NCBI GenBank assembly: GCA_963823795.1
Contig: CAWGMX010000003.1
Location: 317,180 to 381,179, forward strand
Direction of reading: 5' to 3'
DNA: 64,000 nucleotides
Source: Vulcanimicrobiota bacterium
GTDB lineage: Bacteria > Vulcanimicrobiota > Vulcanimicrobiia > Vulcanimicrobiales > Vulcanimicrobiaceae
Position 1 is the first letter of the stretch; each line of letters begins with the position of its first letter. The notes under the pieces are model-generated. The model ran no database searches, was not told where the DNA came from, and saw nothing but the letters and a program-made list of their open reading frames with translations. Below are positions 37,923-46,080 of this stretch, piece after piece. Made by a program: the position numbers and the translations under genes.

Positions 37923-37970
37923 CCTGTAAAATAAGGACAATACTTTTTGGGATGGCCGGGAGTCGAACCC
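37923..37970 (-). repeat. att-like core D (adjacent to integrase)
   Basis: CCTGTAAAATAAGGACAATACTTTTTGGGATGGCCGGGAGTCGAACCC. Sequence beyond 37970 diverges completely from repeats A-C. Confidence 0.7.
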
Positions 37971-38259
37971 GGACGCCCTTTCGGGCTGCAGATTTTCGCA
38001 CCACTATGGCTTTAGCCACCGCGCAGATCGCGTTTGTGGTCCGGACTGTGCCTTGACCCTATGAGATCGATTCTCACGTAGGTCGCGCCCGTCCAGTCTC
38101 TACACCTTCTTCGCCGAAGCGAAGCTTGGCTCGGCGTCGTCACGTCACCGCGACAGAGAGTTCGCCGACTTTGAGCGCATCCCGTAGCGGGTTTCCCGCG
38201 ACTACGGCTCAACGGTTTGTGTCAAGTCTGCTGTGTCTGCCTGTTCCACCACCATCCCA
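37948..38259 (-). ncRNA. Candidate ~310-nt structured RNA with a tRNA-like 3' end (tmRNA-like?, unassigned)
   Basis: The 3' end is CCGGG-TTCGACT-CCCGG (T-arm) plus CCATCCC-A. An exact complement, GGGATGG, lies at 38253-38259. Hairpins: GCCC-GAAA-GGGC (37975-37986), CTTCGC-TTCG-GCGAAG (38109-38124) and an imperfect ~9-bp stem with an AAA loop (38184-38205). No credible ORF. It lacks the tmRNA GGATTCGAC motif and an ...AA-ending tag frame. Confidence 0.3.
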
Positions 38260-38270
38260 AATTGTCGAAG

Positions 38271-38681
38271 CTAGGTTCTCCGCTCGACCAGCGTCAGCCG
38301 CCCCTCCAATCCGTCGAATCGAGCATCGACCGCATCGAACCGCAGATACACCTGCGTCTCGAAGGAAGTCAGACGCGATTCAAGGCCGTCGAAGCGCCCT
38401 GACAAGCCGTCATAGTTTGATTCCACGGCTGACCGGAACTCTGTGACTTCCTCGTGCAAAGCGTCAAATCGGGACTCCAGGCGCGCAGTCGATGCGGCAA
38501 ATCGGGACTCCAAGCTCGCGGTCGAAGCGGTAACTCGGGACTCCAAGCCCGCGGCCGAAGCCGCAAATCGGGACTCCAAGCTCGCAGTCGATGCGTCAAA
38601 TCGGGACTCGAGGCGAGCGGTCGAAGCTGCAATCAGATCTTCGACGCGGCGCAACAGCTCGCGGGCAATGCGATCTTTCAT
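38271..38681 (-). CDS. Coiled-coil/amphipathic protein built from 11-residue repeats
   Basis: 136 aa: ...STARLESRFDASTASLESRFAASAAGLESRVTASTASLESRFAASTARLESRFDALHEE..., then looser RFDGLESRL/RFDAVDARFDGLEGRL repeats. Confidence 0.5.
   Translation of the reverse strand: MKDRIARELLRRVEDLIAASTARLESRFDASTASLESRFAASAAGLESRVTASTASLESRFAASTARLESRFDALHEEVTEFRSAVESNYDGLSGRFDGLESRLTSFETQVYLRFDAVDARFDGLEGRLTLVERRT
38464..38628 (-). repeat. Five tandem 33-bp coding repeats
   Basis: Units at 38464, 38497, 38530, 38563 and 38596 (for example GCAAATCGGGACTCCAAGCTCGCGGTCGAAGCG). Confidence 0.8.
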
Positions 38682-38735
38682 GACGGGTATCGTACCCTAC
38701 GCCTGTTGCCGCAATGTTTCCTGGATTGCCGAGGG

Positions 38736-38978
38736 TTACTGCTGATAGTGCTCCACGACGTCGGCGCTACGCACGTCGGCGACGTCCGGATCTTGTCCCG
38801 CGTCGCGTCGCGCGCGCCGCTGGCGCAGAAGATCCCAGTACTGGTCGAGCCGTACGGAGATCTCATCGAGGCGTTTGAGGTCGTCTTTGGTTAGCTTGGA
38901 TCGATCGCCGTGCTCGAGCAGCCGATGCTCTTCGGCCACGAGGCCCTCGATGTGCTCGTGTATCTGCGAATCGTTCAC
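38736..38978 (-). CDS. DUF2630-family small protein
   Basis: 80 aa: MNDSQIHEHIEGLVAEEHRLLEH...LKRLDEISVRLDQYWDLLRQRRARRDAG. Family assigned from memory. Confidence 0.6.
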   Translation of the reverse strand: MNDSQIHEHIEGLVAEEHRLLEHGDRSKLTKDDLKRLDEISVRLDQYWDLLRQRRARRDAGQDPDVADVRSADVVEHYQQ

Positions 38979-39952
38979 GGACGGAATCCCTTTCGCTTCT
39001 CCCCAGCCTTGCTGTAGACGGCTTGCGCTTGCACCGGCTTAGCGTCGCGCTCCTGCAGCAAGATGCCCAGCAACAGATCTGACGTCGTCGCAATGGCTTT
39101 GTCGGCGCCGATGATCTCCATCGCGGTATCGATCGCAATGATTCCGCCCGGAAGGATATCGGCACGTTGCGGCTTCATGCCTTCGACCTTCTTGCGCTCC
39201 TCGAGCGGCATCGGCAGCAAGCGCTCCAGCGCGCGCTGCAAATCCGCGCGGCTCAAATCGTAGGAACCAATAGGCGCTCGGCGGCCTCGCAGCATTCCGG
39301 CGACCGTCGTTGCGCTTCCGCCAACCAATGCAAGTCGCTCGACCGCTTCGCACTCTGCTAAAGGCTCGAGCGCTTTGCGGGCGATCGCGCGGGCGCGCTC
39401 GACGCTATCCTCTTTGACGGCTCCGTCGCGACCCGCTAACTCCGGCACGGCCTCGGTGACGCGTACCGCGCCTATCTCGCATGAGACCACTTTTTCGGGT
39501 TCCGTCGAGGTGCCGGTGGCGTACTCCGTGCTGCCGCCTCCGACATCCAGCACGCCCGCGCGTTGGCCGCGCAGTTCGCCCAACGCGGTCAGCGCGCCCC
39601 GGTAGGATGCCGTCGCTTCTTCTTCTCCGGAAAGGATGCGCAGCGGCGTACCCAGCAGCGCTTCGATCCGCTGCGAAAAATCGTCGGCGTTCTCCGCACG
39701 CCGCAGCGCGCTCGTCGCCACAGCGAAGAGCCGAATATAGTGCCCTTTTACTGCCCGCTGCAACTGTCCGATCGCCTCGAGCGTTCGCTGCATCGGCTCG
39801 TCGCCGAGCCGCCCTTGCTCGCCCAAACCTTCGCCGATCCGCGTGCCGATAGAGCGAGCGGTTTCGATGCGGGGAACTGCCGGCGCAATGTCGGCCAGCA
39901 GCAGCCGCGTCGAGTTCGTGCCGATCGAAATGATCGCGAATCGCTTACTCAT
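38975..39952 (-). CDS. ppx: Exopolyphosphatase/guanosine pentaphosphate phosphohydrolase family (Ppx/GppA)
   Basis: Start at the ATG at 39952 (MSKRFAIISIGTNSTRLLLADI...), overlapping the upstream stop (ATGA). LDVGGGSTEY is the ASKHA phosphate-binding motif. Confidence 0.85.
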   Translation of the reverse strand: MSKRFAIISIGTNSTRLLLADIAPAVPRIETARSIGTRIGEGLGEQGRLGDEPMQRTLEAIGQLQRAVKGHYIRLFAVATSALRRAENADDFSQRIEALLGTPLRILSGEEEATASYRGALTALGELRGQRAGVLDVGGGSTEYATGTSTEPEKVVSCEIGAVRVTEAVPELAGRDGAVKEDSVERARAIARKALEPLAECEAVERLALVGGSATTVAGMLRGRRAPIGSYDLSRADLQRALERLLPMPLEERKKVEGMKPQRADILPGGIIAIDTAMEIIGADKAIATTSDLLLGILLQERDAKPVQAQAVYSKAGEKRKGFRP

Positions 39953-40305
39953 GGATGCTGCTTCGCTGCAAAGTACGCCGCCCGCCGTTTCTTTTGTAAG
40001 AAATGGCGCTCGGCCGCCGGCATCGCGTCGGCCGGCTCCCAGCCCTGCGTGCTCTTGAGATACGAAGCGATCTGCTCCTCGAGATCGTCGTCGCTGATTT
40101 GCGGAGCGAGTGAAACCGAGGCACGCCGGCCGTCTCGCCTGACTTCGAATGCCAAGCGTTTGCGCCGCAAGAGTGAGCGCTGATACTGATCGCGATGCTC
40201 CGCTACGTCGGACGCGCTCGCGGTTGCGAGGTCGCCTCCTTCGAGGCGAACCGTCGCTCCGTAGGCGTTGAGGTTGATGACGACTCCTTTGAGCGTGTCG
40301 CTCAC
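39949..40305 (-). CDS. S1 RNA-binding-domain protein
   Basis: 118 aa: LKGVVINLNAYGATVRLEGGDLATASASDV... Confidence 0.65.
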   Translation of the reverse strand: MSDTLKGVVINLNAYGATVRLEGGDLATASASDVAEHRDQYQRSLLRRKRLAFEVRRDGRRASVSLAPQISDDDLEEQIASYLKSTQGWEPADAMPAAERHFLQKKRRAAYFAAKQHP

Positions 40306-40652
40306 GGCGACGCGGCAGGTTGGGGCGATACGAAGATGAGGGCCTCGTTTGGACGCACGAGGCGCAGGCGATCGTGGATCTCCGGAACGGCGCCTTCCGG
40401 ATCGCGCAGCCGGCGTAGCTCGCGCAGTTGTTCGTCGCGTTGCCGTTGCAGCGACGCCATATCGGCGCGAATCGCCGAAAGCTGACGTTCGGCCGCGAGA
40501 TCGTCTCCGATTGCGCGCGCAAACTGGACGACCACCAGCACGGCGATGAGTAGGACGACTGCCGCTGCCAGCAGACGGCCTGCGGCGCGGAGGACGGGGC
40601 GGGCGCGTCTCAGCGCGCCGTTCGAACGGGTTCCAGTCCTTCTGCTTGCCAT
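40302..40652 (-). CDS. Septum formation initiator (FtsB/DivIC-like)
   Basis: One TM helix (LLAAAVVLLIAVLVVV) followed by a coiled coil (LSAIRADMASLQRQRDEQLRELRRL). The start is uncertain because the ORF overlaps the accA end by 43 nt. Confidence 0.6.
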   Translation of the reverse strand: MASRRTGTRSNGALRRARPVLRAAGRLLAAAVVLLIAVLVVVQFARAIGDDLAAERQLSAIRADMASLQRQRDEQLRELRRLRDPEGAVPEIHDRLRLVRPNEALIFVSPQPAASP

Positions 40653-41596
40653 TCTCCCAATCGGCGGTATTTTCGATATCGTTGGTCCAAGAGCATTTCC
40701 GGCGTCAGGGACGCCAAACGCGCTAGCGCCGCATCGACGGCACCGAGCGTCTGCGTCACGACGTCACGCGCATTGCGGTGGGCGCCGCCCAGCGGCTCGG
40801 GGAGTATCTGGTCCACGATACCGAACCGGTGCAAATCATTAGCCGTTAACTTCAAGTGGGCTGCCGCTTCTTCCGCTTTGCTGGCGTCCGACCACAAGAT
40901 CGCCGCGCAGCCCTCGGGAGACGCGACCGAATACGTGCTGTGCTCGAGCATGATGACGAAGTCGGCTATTGCCAGCGCAAGCGCTCCGCCCGAGCCACCT
41001 TCGCCGACGACCGTCGCTACGATCGGAACCGTCGCCGTCGTAAAAGTCTGCAGGCAGATGGCGATTGCTTCCGACTGCGCGTGCTCTTCCGAGCTGATGC
41101 CGGGATCGGCGCCCTTGGTGTCGACGAAGGTCACGATCGGCAGTCGCAATCGCGATGCGAGCCGGGCCAGACGAGTCGCCTTGCGATAGCCTTCCGGTGC
41201 GGGCATCCCAAAGTTTCGGCGTAAGTTCTCCTTCGTATCGCGCCCGCGTTGTTGGCCCAGCACCATGACGTTACGCGACCGCAGGGTCCCGAACCCGCCG
41301 ACGATGGACGGGTCGTCGCGGAAGTGCCGGTCGCCGTGCAGTTCGTCGAACCGGTCGAAACGCGAGATGTAGTCCAGCGACGTCGGGCGATTGGGATGGC
41401 GCGCCATGTGCACCTTCTCCCAGGGCGAGAGCGTTCCGAACAGCTCGTGCAGGATCTGCTGGTACTTTTGCTCCAGCGCGGCTATCTCGCTCGACATGTC
41501 GAGCGGTTGCGCGGCCGAGGCCTCGCGCAGTTCGGTGATGCGCCGCTCCAGCTCGACCAAGCTTCGCTCGCGCTCGACGATGATATTGTTACTCAT
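40610..41596 (-). CDS. accA: Acetyl-CoA carboxylase carboxyltransferase subunit alpha
   Basis: 328 aa: ...PIVTFVDTKGADPG...EEHAQSEAIA...VVGEGGSGGALA. Confidence 0.9.
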   Translation of the reverse strand: MSNNIIVERERSLVELERRITELREASAAQPLDMSSEIAALEQKYQQILHELFGTLSPWEKVHMARHPNRPTSLDYISRFDRFDELHGDRHFRDDPSIVGGFGTLRSRNVMVLGQQRGRDTKENLRRNFGMPAPEGYRKATRLARLASRLRLPIVTFVDTKGADPGISSEEHAQSEAIAICLQTFTTATVPIVATVVGEGGSGGALALAIADFVIMLEHSTYSVASPEGCAAILWSDASKAEEAAAHLKLTANDLHRFGIVDQILPEPLGGAHRNARDVVTQTLGAVDAALARLASLTPEMLLDQRYRKYRRLGEWQAEGLEPVRTAR

Positions 41597-42464
41597 GGCG
41601 CGCGTACTCCAGCAGCCGCACGAGAGTATCTTTGAGATCCGAGCGCTCGACGACCATATCGATTGCGCCCTTCTCCAGCAAAAACTCGGCAGTTTGAAAC
41701 TGATCGGGCAGGCGTTGGCGGATCGTCTGCTCGATCACGCGCCGTCCCGCGAAGCCGATCATGGCTTTGGATTCGGCAACGATCACGTCGGCCTGAAAGG
41801 CAAAGGACGCGGAGACGCCGCCGCTGGTCGGATCGGTCAGCACGACGAGGTAAAAGTTGCCGTCCGCCATGAAACGCGAGACTGCCGCGGTCGTCTTCGC
41901 GAGTTGCATGAGCGCCAGCATGCCCTCTTCCATTCGCGCGCCGCCGGAGGCGGCAAATATAATGCAGGGTACGTGTTCGCGCCGCGCCGCTTCGAACAGC
42001 AGCGTAATCCGCTCCCCGGTGACCTGGCCCATCGTTCCGCCGCGAAAATGGAAGTCCATCACGCCTAAGCCGACGCGGTGCCCTCCCACAGAGGCAAACC
42101 CACAGACGACCGATTCCGATAGGCCACTGCGCTCGCGATCGGTTTTCAGCTTTGCCGGATAGCTCTTCCGGTCGGACCAATCCAGCGGATCTCCGGGTAA
42201 TACGTCCGCGCCTAACTCGGTAAACTCCCCGTCGGCGATCGACGCGATGCGGTCGTACGCTCGCATGCGAAAGTGATAGCCGCAGCGCGTGCACACAAAC
42301 AGATTCGCCGCTAAATCGCGCCGGTAGAGTACCTCGCCGCACTTCGGACATTTGCTCCACAGCGCCTCATCCGAAACGTGGCTCTCTTTAGTGCGGCGGG
42401 CCGGCAACCAGTCGGGCCGCGGCACTAAGCGGCTCGCTCCTTCGCGCGCTTCGGACGCAACCAC
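41589..42464 (-). CDS. accD: Acetyl-CoA carboxylase carboxyltransferase subunit beta
   Basis: 291 aa with an N-terminal Zn ribbon (CPKCGEVLYRRDL..FVCTRCGYHFRM) and a CT domain. Confidence 0.9.
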   Translation of the reverse strand: MVASEAREGASRLVPRPDWLPARRTKESHVSDEALWSKCPKCGEVLYRRDLAANLFVCTRCGYHFRMRAYDRIASIADGEFTELGADVLPGDPLDWSDRKSYPAKLKTDRERSGLSESVVCGFASVGGHRVGLGVMDFHFRGGTMGQVTGERITLLFEAARREHVPCIIFAASGGARMEEGMLALMQLAKTTAAVSRFMADGNFYLVVLTDPTSGGVSASFAFQADVIVAESKAMIGFAGRRVIEQTIRQRLPDQFQTAEFLLEKGAIDMVVERSDLKDTLVRLLEYARHE

Positions 42465-43153
42465 GCCGAATAGAGCTTTCCGAGCTGCTTGAGATAGTTG
42501 AAGATTTCTCGTTCGTTGAGCTTCGATTCACCGGCAACGCGGTCGGTGAAGACGTATGGGATCTCGATTGCCTTTCCATAGTGCGCTTTGGCGATGACTT
42601 CGAGGCCGATCTTGAACCCGATCGGGTCTAACACGACGCCGGCCAACGCGTCGCGCCGAACCAAAAAGAAACCGCTGGTCACGTCCTTGACGTTCGTGAG
42701 TGGCCGCGCCAGCCAGCACGCCACGCGAGATACGACGATGCGCCGCTTTGGCCAATTGGCGATCCCGCCGCCCGGCACGTAGCGGCTGCCGATCGCCAGC
42801 CCAAAGGCTCCGGATTCGAGCGCCTGCACCATCTTGGGAAGCGCGTTGACGTCGTGGCTAAAGTCTGCGTCCATCGCTCCCAACACGGTCGACTCGCTGC
42901 GCGCGATCGCCCAACCGTCGATCACGGCGCTGGAGAGCCCCAACTTTCCACTGCGGTGCAGGCAGCGCACGGGCAGTTCTTGCGCAAGCCGTTCGACGAC
43001 GTCGCCGGTTCCGTCGGGAGAGTTATCGTCAACGACGATCACCTCTCCATCGAGTCCATTTTCGGCGAAGGTCGCCCCCAGCGCTCGAAGCAGCTTTTCG
43101 ATGCCGGCGGCCTCGTTGTAGGTTGGAATGACGATTGAAAAAGGAAGTGGCAT
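42425..43153 (-). CDS. GT2 glycosyltransferase, polyprenol-phosphate mannosyltransferase-like
   Basis: 242 aa: FSIVIPTYNEA...VIVVDDNSPDGT...DADFSHD. Confidence 0.8.
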   Translation of the reverse strand: MPLPFSIVIPTYNEAAGIEKLLRALGATFAENGLDGEVIVVDDNSPDGTGDVVERLAQELPVRCLHRSGKLGLSSAVIDGWAIARSESTVLGAMDADFSHDVNALPKMVQALESGAFGLAIGSRYVPGGGIANWPKRRIVVSRVACWLARPLTNVKDVTSGFFLVRRDALAGVVLDPIGFKIGLEVIAKAHYGKAIEIPYVFTDRVAGESKLNEREIFNYLKQLGKLYSAWLRPKRAKERAA

Positions 43154-43168
43154 GCCGTGCCGGTGTTT

Positions 43169-43906
43169 TTACGACACGACGGCGCCAATCACCGCCAACA
43201 GCACCAGAGCTGCCGTGTCCGTGCGTAAAACGCGGGGGCCAAGCCAGAGCATTGCGGCCCCGCGGCATTGCGCGAGCTCCACTTCCTCATGCGTGAAACC
43301 GCCCTCAGGGCCGACCACAACCAGCACCCGGCCAGAGGCCGGTAACGCCTCGGCTAGGCGCTGGTGGAGTGGCGCCGGCGCCGCGAGTTCCCATGCGAAG
43401 AGCACGGCGTCGTACTCGCCAAATCGCTCCAATAGCGTTCGATACGGTATCGCCTCGAGGACGGTCGAAACGCTTTTGCGGCCGCACTGCTGCGCGGCGG
43501 CGCGCGCGAGCCGCTGCCAGCGCGCCGCTTTCTCGGCGCCGACGTCGCGGCCGACGCTGCGCTCGCAGTAGAACGGAAGGAACGACTCGACGCCCAGCTC
43601 GCTGCCTTTCTCGACGACGAAGTCCATCCGGTTCCCTTTTGGCACGGCTTGCGCGACGTCGATCCGGATCACCGCAGACGGCGCGCGGTCGTCGAAAATC
43701 TCCTCCTCGATGATTGCGCGAGCGGCACGGCCAAGGGCGGCTATCGCCGCCGTGAACGTTCGGGCGGTCGAATCGATAACGACGATACGATCGCCGGGGC
43801 TCAATCGCAGGACGTTTGCAATCTTGTGGGCGTCGGCTCCGCCGATCTCGACGGATTCACCAATCTCCTTCGCGCCCTCGACGAAGAATCGGCGCGCCGC
43901 AATCAC
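43169..43906 (-). CDS. rsmE: 16S rRNA (uracil1498-N3)-methyltransferase
   Basis: 245 aa: RRFFVEG...HKIANVLRLSPGD...VVGPEGGFTHEEV. Confidence 0.85.
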   Translation of the reverse strand: MIAARRFFVEGAKEIGESVEIGGADAHKIANVLRLSPGDRIVVIDSTARTFTAAIAALGRAARAIIEEEIFDDRAPSAVIRIDVAQAVPKGNRMDFVVEKGSELGVESFLPFYCERSVGRDVGAEKAARWQRLARAAAQQCGRKSVSTVLEAIPYRTLLERFGEYDAVLFAWELAAPAPLHQRLAEALPASGRVLVVVGPEGGFTHEEVELAQCRGAAMLWLGPRVLRTDTAALVLLAVIGAVVS

Positions 43907-45018
43907 TCGGGACGAAACGCGTCCTTCACGCGGTCGAAGAAGCTTCGGTCGTCGATCTCGTCGCCGCCGGCAAGTGCATAGGCTTCGAGCGCATCGCGTT
44001 GGCGCTTATTCATTTTCGCCGGAACCGCGACGTGAACGGTCACGTGATGATCGCCGCGCTGGGCGCCGCGCACGGTCGGCATTCCCAGTCCTCGCAGCCG
44101 GAAAGTCGCGCCGGTTTGCGTCCCCGGCGGAATCGCAACGTCGACCTCGCCGCCGAGCGAAGGAACGTCGATCGTCGCGCCCAGCGCGGCCGTCGGAAAA
44201 CTCACCGGCACGTCCACGAACGTGTCTCGACCTTCACGACGGAAGCGCGAGTGCGGCAAGACGCTTAAATAAACGTAGAGATCGCCGGTGGGTCCGCCAC
44301 GCGTCCCTCCCTCGCCGCTGCCCGCAATGCGAATCCGCGAACCATCGTCGACGCCGGCCGGCACGTTGACCGTCAGGCGCGTCTCGCTCTCTCTCGCGCC
44401 TCGCCCGGCGCAGCCTTCGCAGGGATGCGCGGCGACGTGCCCTTCGCCGCCGCAACGCGTGCACGGCGATTGCGTGACCATCTGCCCGAGCGGCGTCTGT
44501 CGCGTCATGCGCACGGTTCCACTGCCGCGGCAGCGATCGCACGGGGTCACGACCGTCCCGGGCTTGGCACCGCTCCCTTTGCACGCGTCGCACGACGCCA
44601 GACGATCGAAGACGATCTCTTTGGTCGTGCCGGCGAAGGCTTCTTCGAGCGTGATCTCGAGGTCGTAGCGCAGATCGGCACCGCGTTGCGGACCCTGGCG
44701 GCGCGGCTGCGCGCCACGCACGCCGCCAAAAAACATGTCGAAGATGTCGCCGAATCCGCCGCCAAAGCCGAAGTCGCCCGGCCCCGCCGGCGAACCGTTG
44801 CCGACGAATCCGAAGCGGTCGTACTGCGCTCGTTTATTCGGATCGGAGAGCACCTCGTAGGCTTCATTGATCTCTTTGAAGCGATGCTCGGCCTTCGACT
44901 TATCTTCGGCAACGTCGGGATGATGCTGCCGCGCGAGGGCGCGATAAGCTCGCTTGATCTCCTCCCCTGAAGCGTCGCGAGCGACGCCGAGGATTTCGTA
45001 ATAGTCCGTGACCGACAT
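43903..45018 (-). CDS. dnaJ: Molecular chaperone DnaJ
   Basis: 371 aa. J-domain DYYEILGV...HPD, a Gly-rich linker, and CxxCxGxG zinc-finger repeats. Confidence 0.95.
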   Translation of the reverse strand: MSVTDYYEILGVARDASGEEIKRAYRALARQHHPDVAEDKSKAEHRFKEINEAYEVLSDPNKRAQYDRFGFVGNGSPAGPGDFGFGGGFGDIFDMFFGGVRGAQPRRQGPQRGADLRYDLEITLEEAFAGTTKEIVFDRLASCDACKGSGAKPGTVVTPCDRCRGSGTVRMTRQTPLGQMVTQSPCTRCGGEGHVAAHPCEGCAGRGARESETRLTVNVPAGVDDGSRIRIAGSGEGGTRGGPTGDLYVYLSVLPHSRFRREGRDTFVDVPVSFPTAALGATIDVPSLGGEVDVAIPPGTQTGATFRLRGLGMPTVRGAQRGDHHVTVHVAVPAKMNKRQRDALEAYALAGGDEIDDRSFFDRVKDAFRPE

Positions 45019-45019
45019 G

Positions 45020-46075
45020 TTACGAGCTTGGAAGGTGGTCCACGTCGGAAAGGCGTTGGCTCAGCGATTCGGCGGTTCCGGAAGCGAGCGCCACGAGCCG
45101 CGCATAGGGCATGCGTCGCGGCCCCAGGATCGAGAGCATTCCAAAGGCGTGAGATCCGAAATGATAGGGGACCGTTACGATCGATAGGTCCGCAAGCTCT
45201 TCGCTTCCGAGTTCGCGCCCGATCTTGACGCTCGCGGCATCGGCACTCATCGCGTCGGCGACGAGTTGGTAAAGCGTCTTCTGCTCCTCGACGATCCGCA
45301 AGATCGAACGAAGCTTGCGAAGATCCTGAAACTCGGGCTGGTCGAGAAGATTCTGCGCGCCGGCCGCCGCGATGTTGGGTTGCTCGTTCGATCGCGCCGA
45401 CAGGCATGCGGTGACCACGGCGCCGCGAAGATCCTCCGAAACGCCCACTTCCCGTGCCGCGCGCGAGATTTCGCTCTCCGTGACCTCGCGAAGCGGCCGG
45501 TTTGCAAGGCGCGCGTTGAGTGCGTTCGAGAAACGCGTCAAATCGTCGGGCTGGACCTCAGCGCCCAGCTCGAAGAGGCTCTGCGCGGCGACGCCGAGCG
45601 AGGTTACCACGATCGCAACGCCGGTGTGGGGCGAGAGCCAAATCAGTTGGATGTGTTTGAAGCCTTGCGTCTCTTGCTGCGGTTTGGTCACGAAAGCCAA
45701 GTTGTTCGAGAGACGCCCGAGCAAGCGCGTCGTGTGGTCGATGATTTCGTCGAGCTCGCGAGTGGCGTCGCTCAGCTCGTCGCGGATGCGCCGGCGGTCG
45801 TCGCCGGTTAGCTCTTCGGGCTGCATCAGCCGGTCGACGTAGGTGCGATAACCGGCATCGGACGGAATCCGCCCGGCTGAGGTGTGCGGCTGCACCAAAT
45901 AGCCGGCCGCTTCGAGCTCGGCCATCTCGTTTCGGACGGTCGCCGAGCTGATCCCGAGGTTGTATTTCTGGGTTAGCGCCTGCGAACCGACCGGCTCGGC
46001 AGTGGCGATGTACTCGTAAACCACCGTGGCCAAAATGTACGCCTTACGCTTGTCGAGGCCGATGCTCTCCATCAC
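45020..46075 (-). CDS. hrcA: Heat-inducible transcription repressor HrcA
   Basis: 351 aa: RKAYILATVVYEYIATAEPVGSQAL...ISSATVRNEMAELE. Confidence 0.95.
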   Translation of the reverse strand: MMESIGLDKRKAYILATVVYEYIATAEPVGSQALTQKYNLGISSATVRNEMAELEAAGYLVQPHTSAGRIPSDAGYRTYVDRLMQPEELTGDDRRRIRDELSDATRELDEIIDHTTRLLGRLSNNLAFVTKPQQETQGFKHIQLIWLSPHTGVAIVVTSLGVAAQSLFELGAEVQPDDLTRFSNALNARLANRPLREVTESEISRAAREVGVSEDLRGAVVTACLSARSNEQPNIAAAGAQNLLDQPEFQDLRKLRSILRIVEEQKTLYQLVADAMSADAASVKIGRELGSEELADLSIVTVPYHFGSHAFGMLSILGPRRMPYARLVALASGTAESLSQRLSDVDHLPSS

Positions 46076-46080
46076 GCCCC

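Larger units (their letters stand above)
28081..37970. mobile_element. Degenerate integrative element bounded by att-like repeats C and D
   Basis: Tyrosine integrase and excisionase sit at the right end next to core D. Arm-type GTGACAAA(A/T) direct repeats lie at both ends. Cargo is an AbiE TA pair, a truncated SNF2, an ImmA/IrrE remnant and secreted proteins. Visibly lower GC in 29-33.8 kb. Confidence 0.6.

Noticed and set aside
37948-38259. Calling this region tmRNA (ssrA) outright.
   Set aside because: The acceptor pairing and T-arm fit. But I find no GGATTCGAC-like D-loop analogue after the 5' acceptor strand and no tag frame ending in Ala-Ala. It is kept only as a low-confidence unassigned ncRNA.
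38464-38628. 33-bp tandem repeats as a possible CRISPR-like array. The same question applies to the 24-27-bp repeats at 17250-17395.
   Set aside because: The units are contiguous with no spacers, in frame (11 and 8-9 codons), and inside ORFs with periodic protein sequence. They are coding repeats, not CRISPR.
40610-40652. 43-nt overlap between the accA 3' end and the ftsB-like ORF start as meaningful overlapping coding.
   Set aside because: More likely the true ftsB-like start is a downstream non-ATG codon, and the overlap is an artefact of the longest-ORF convention.
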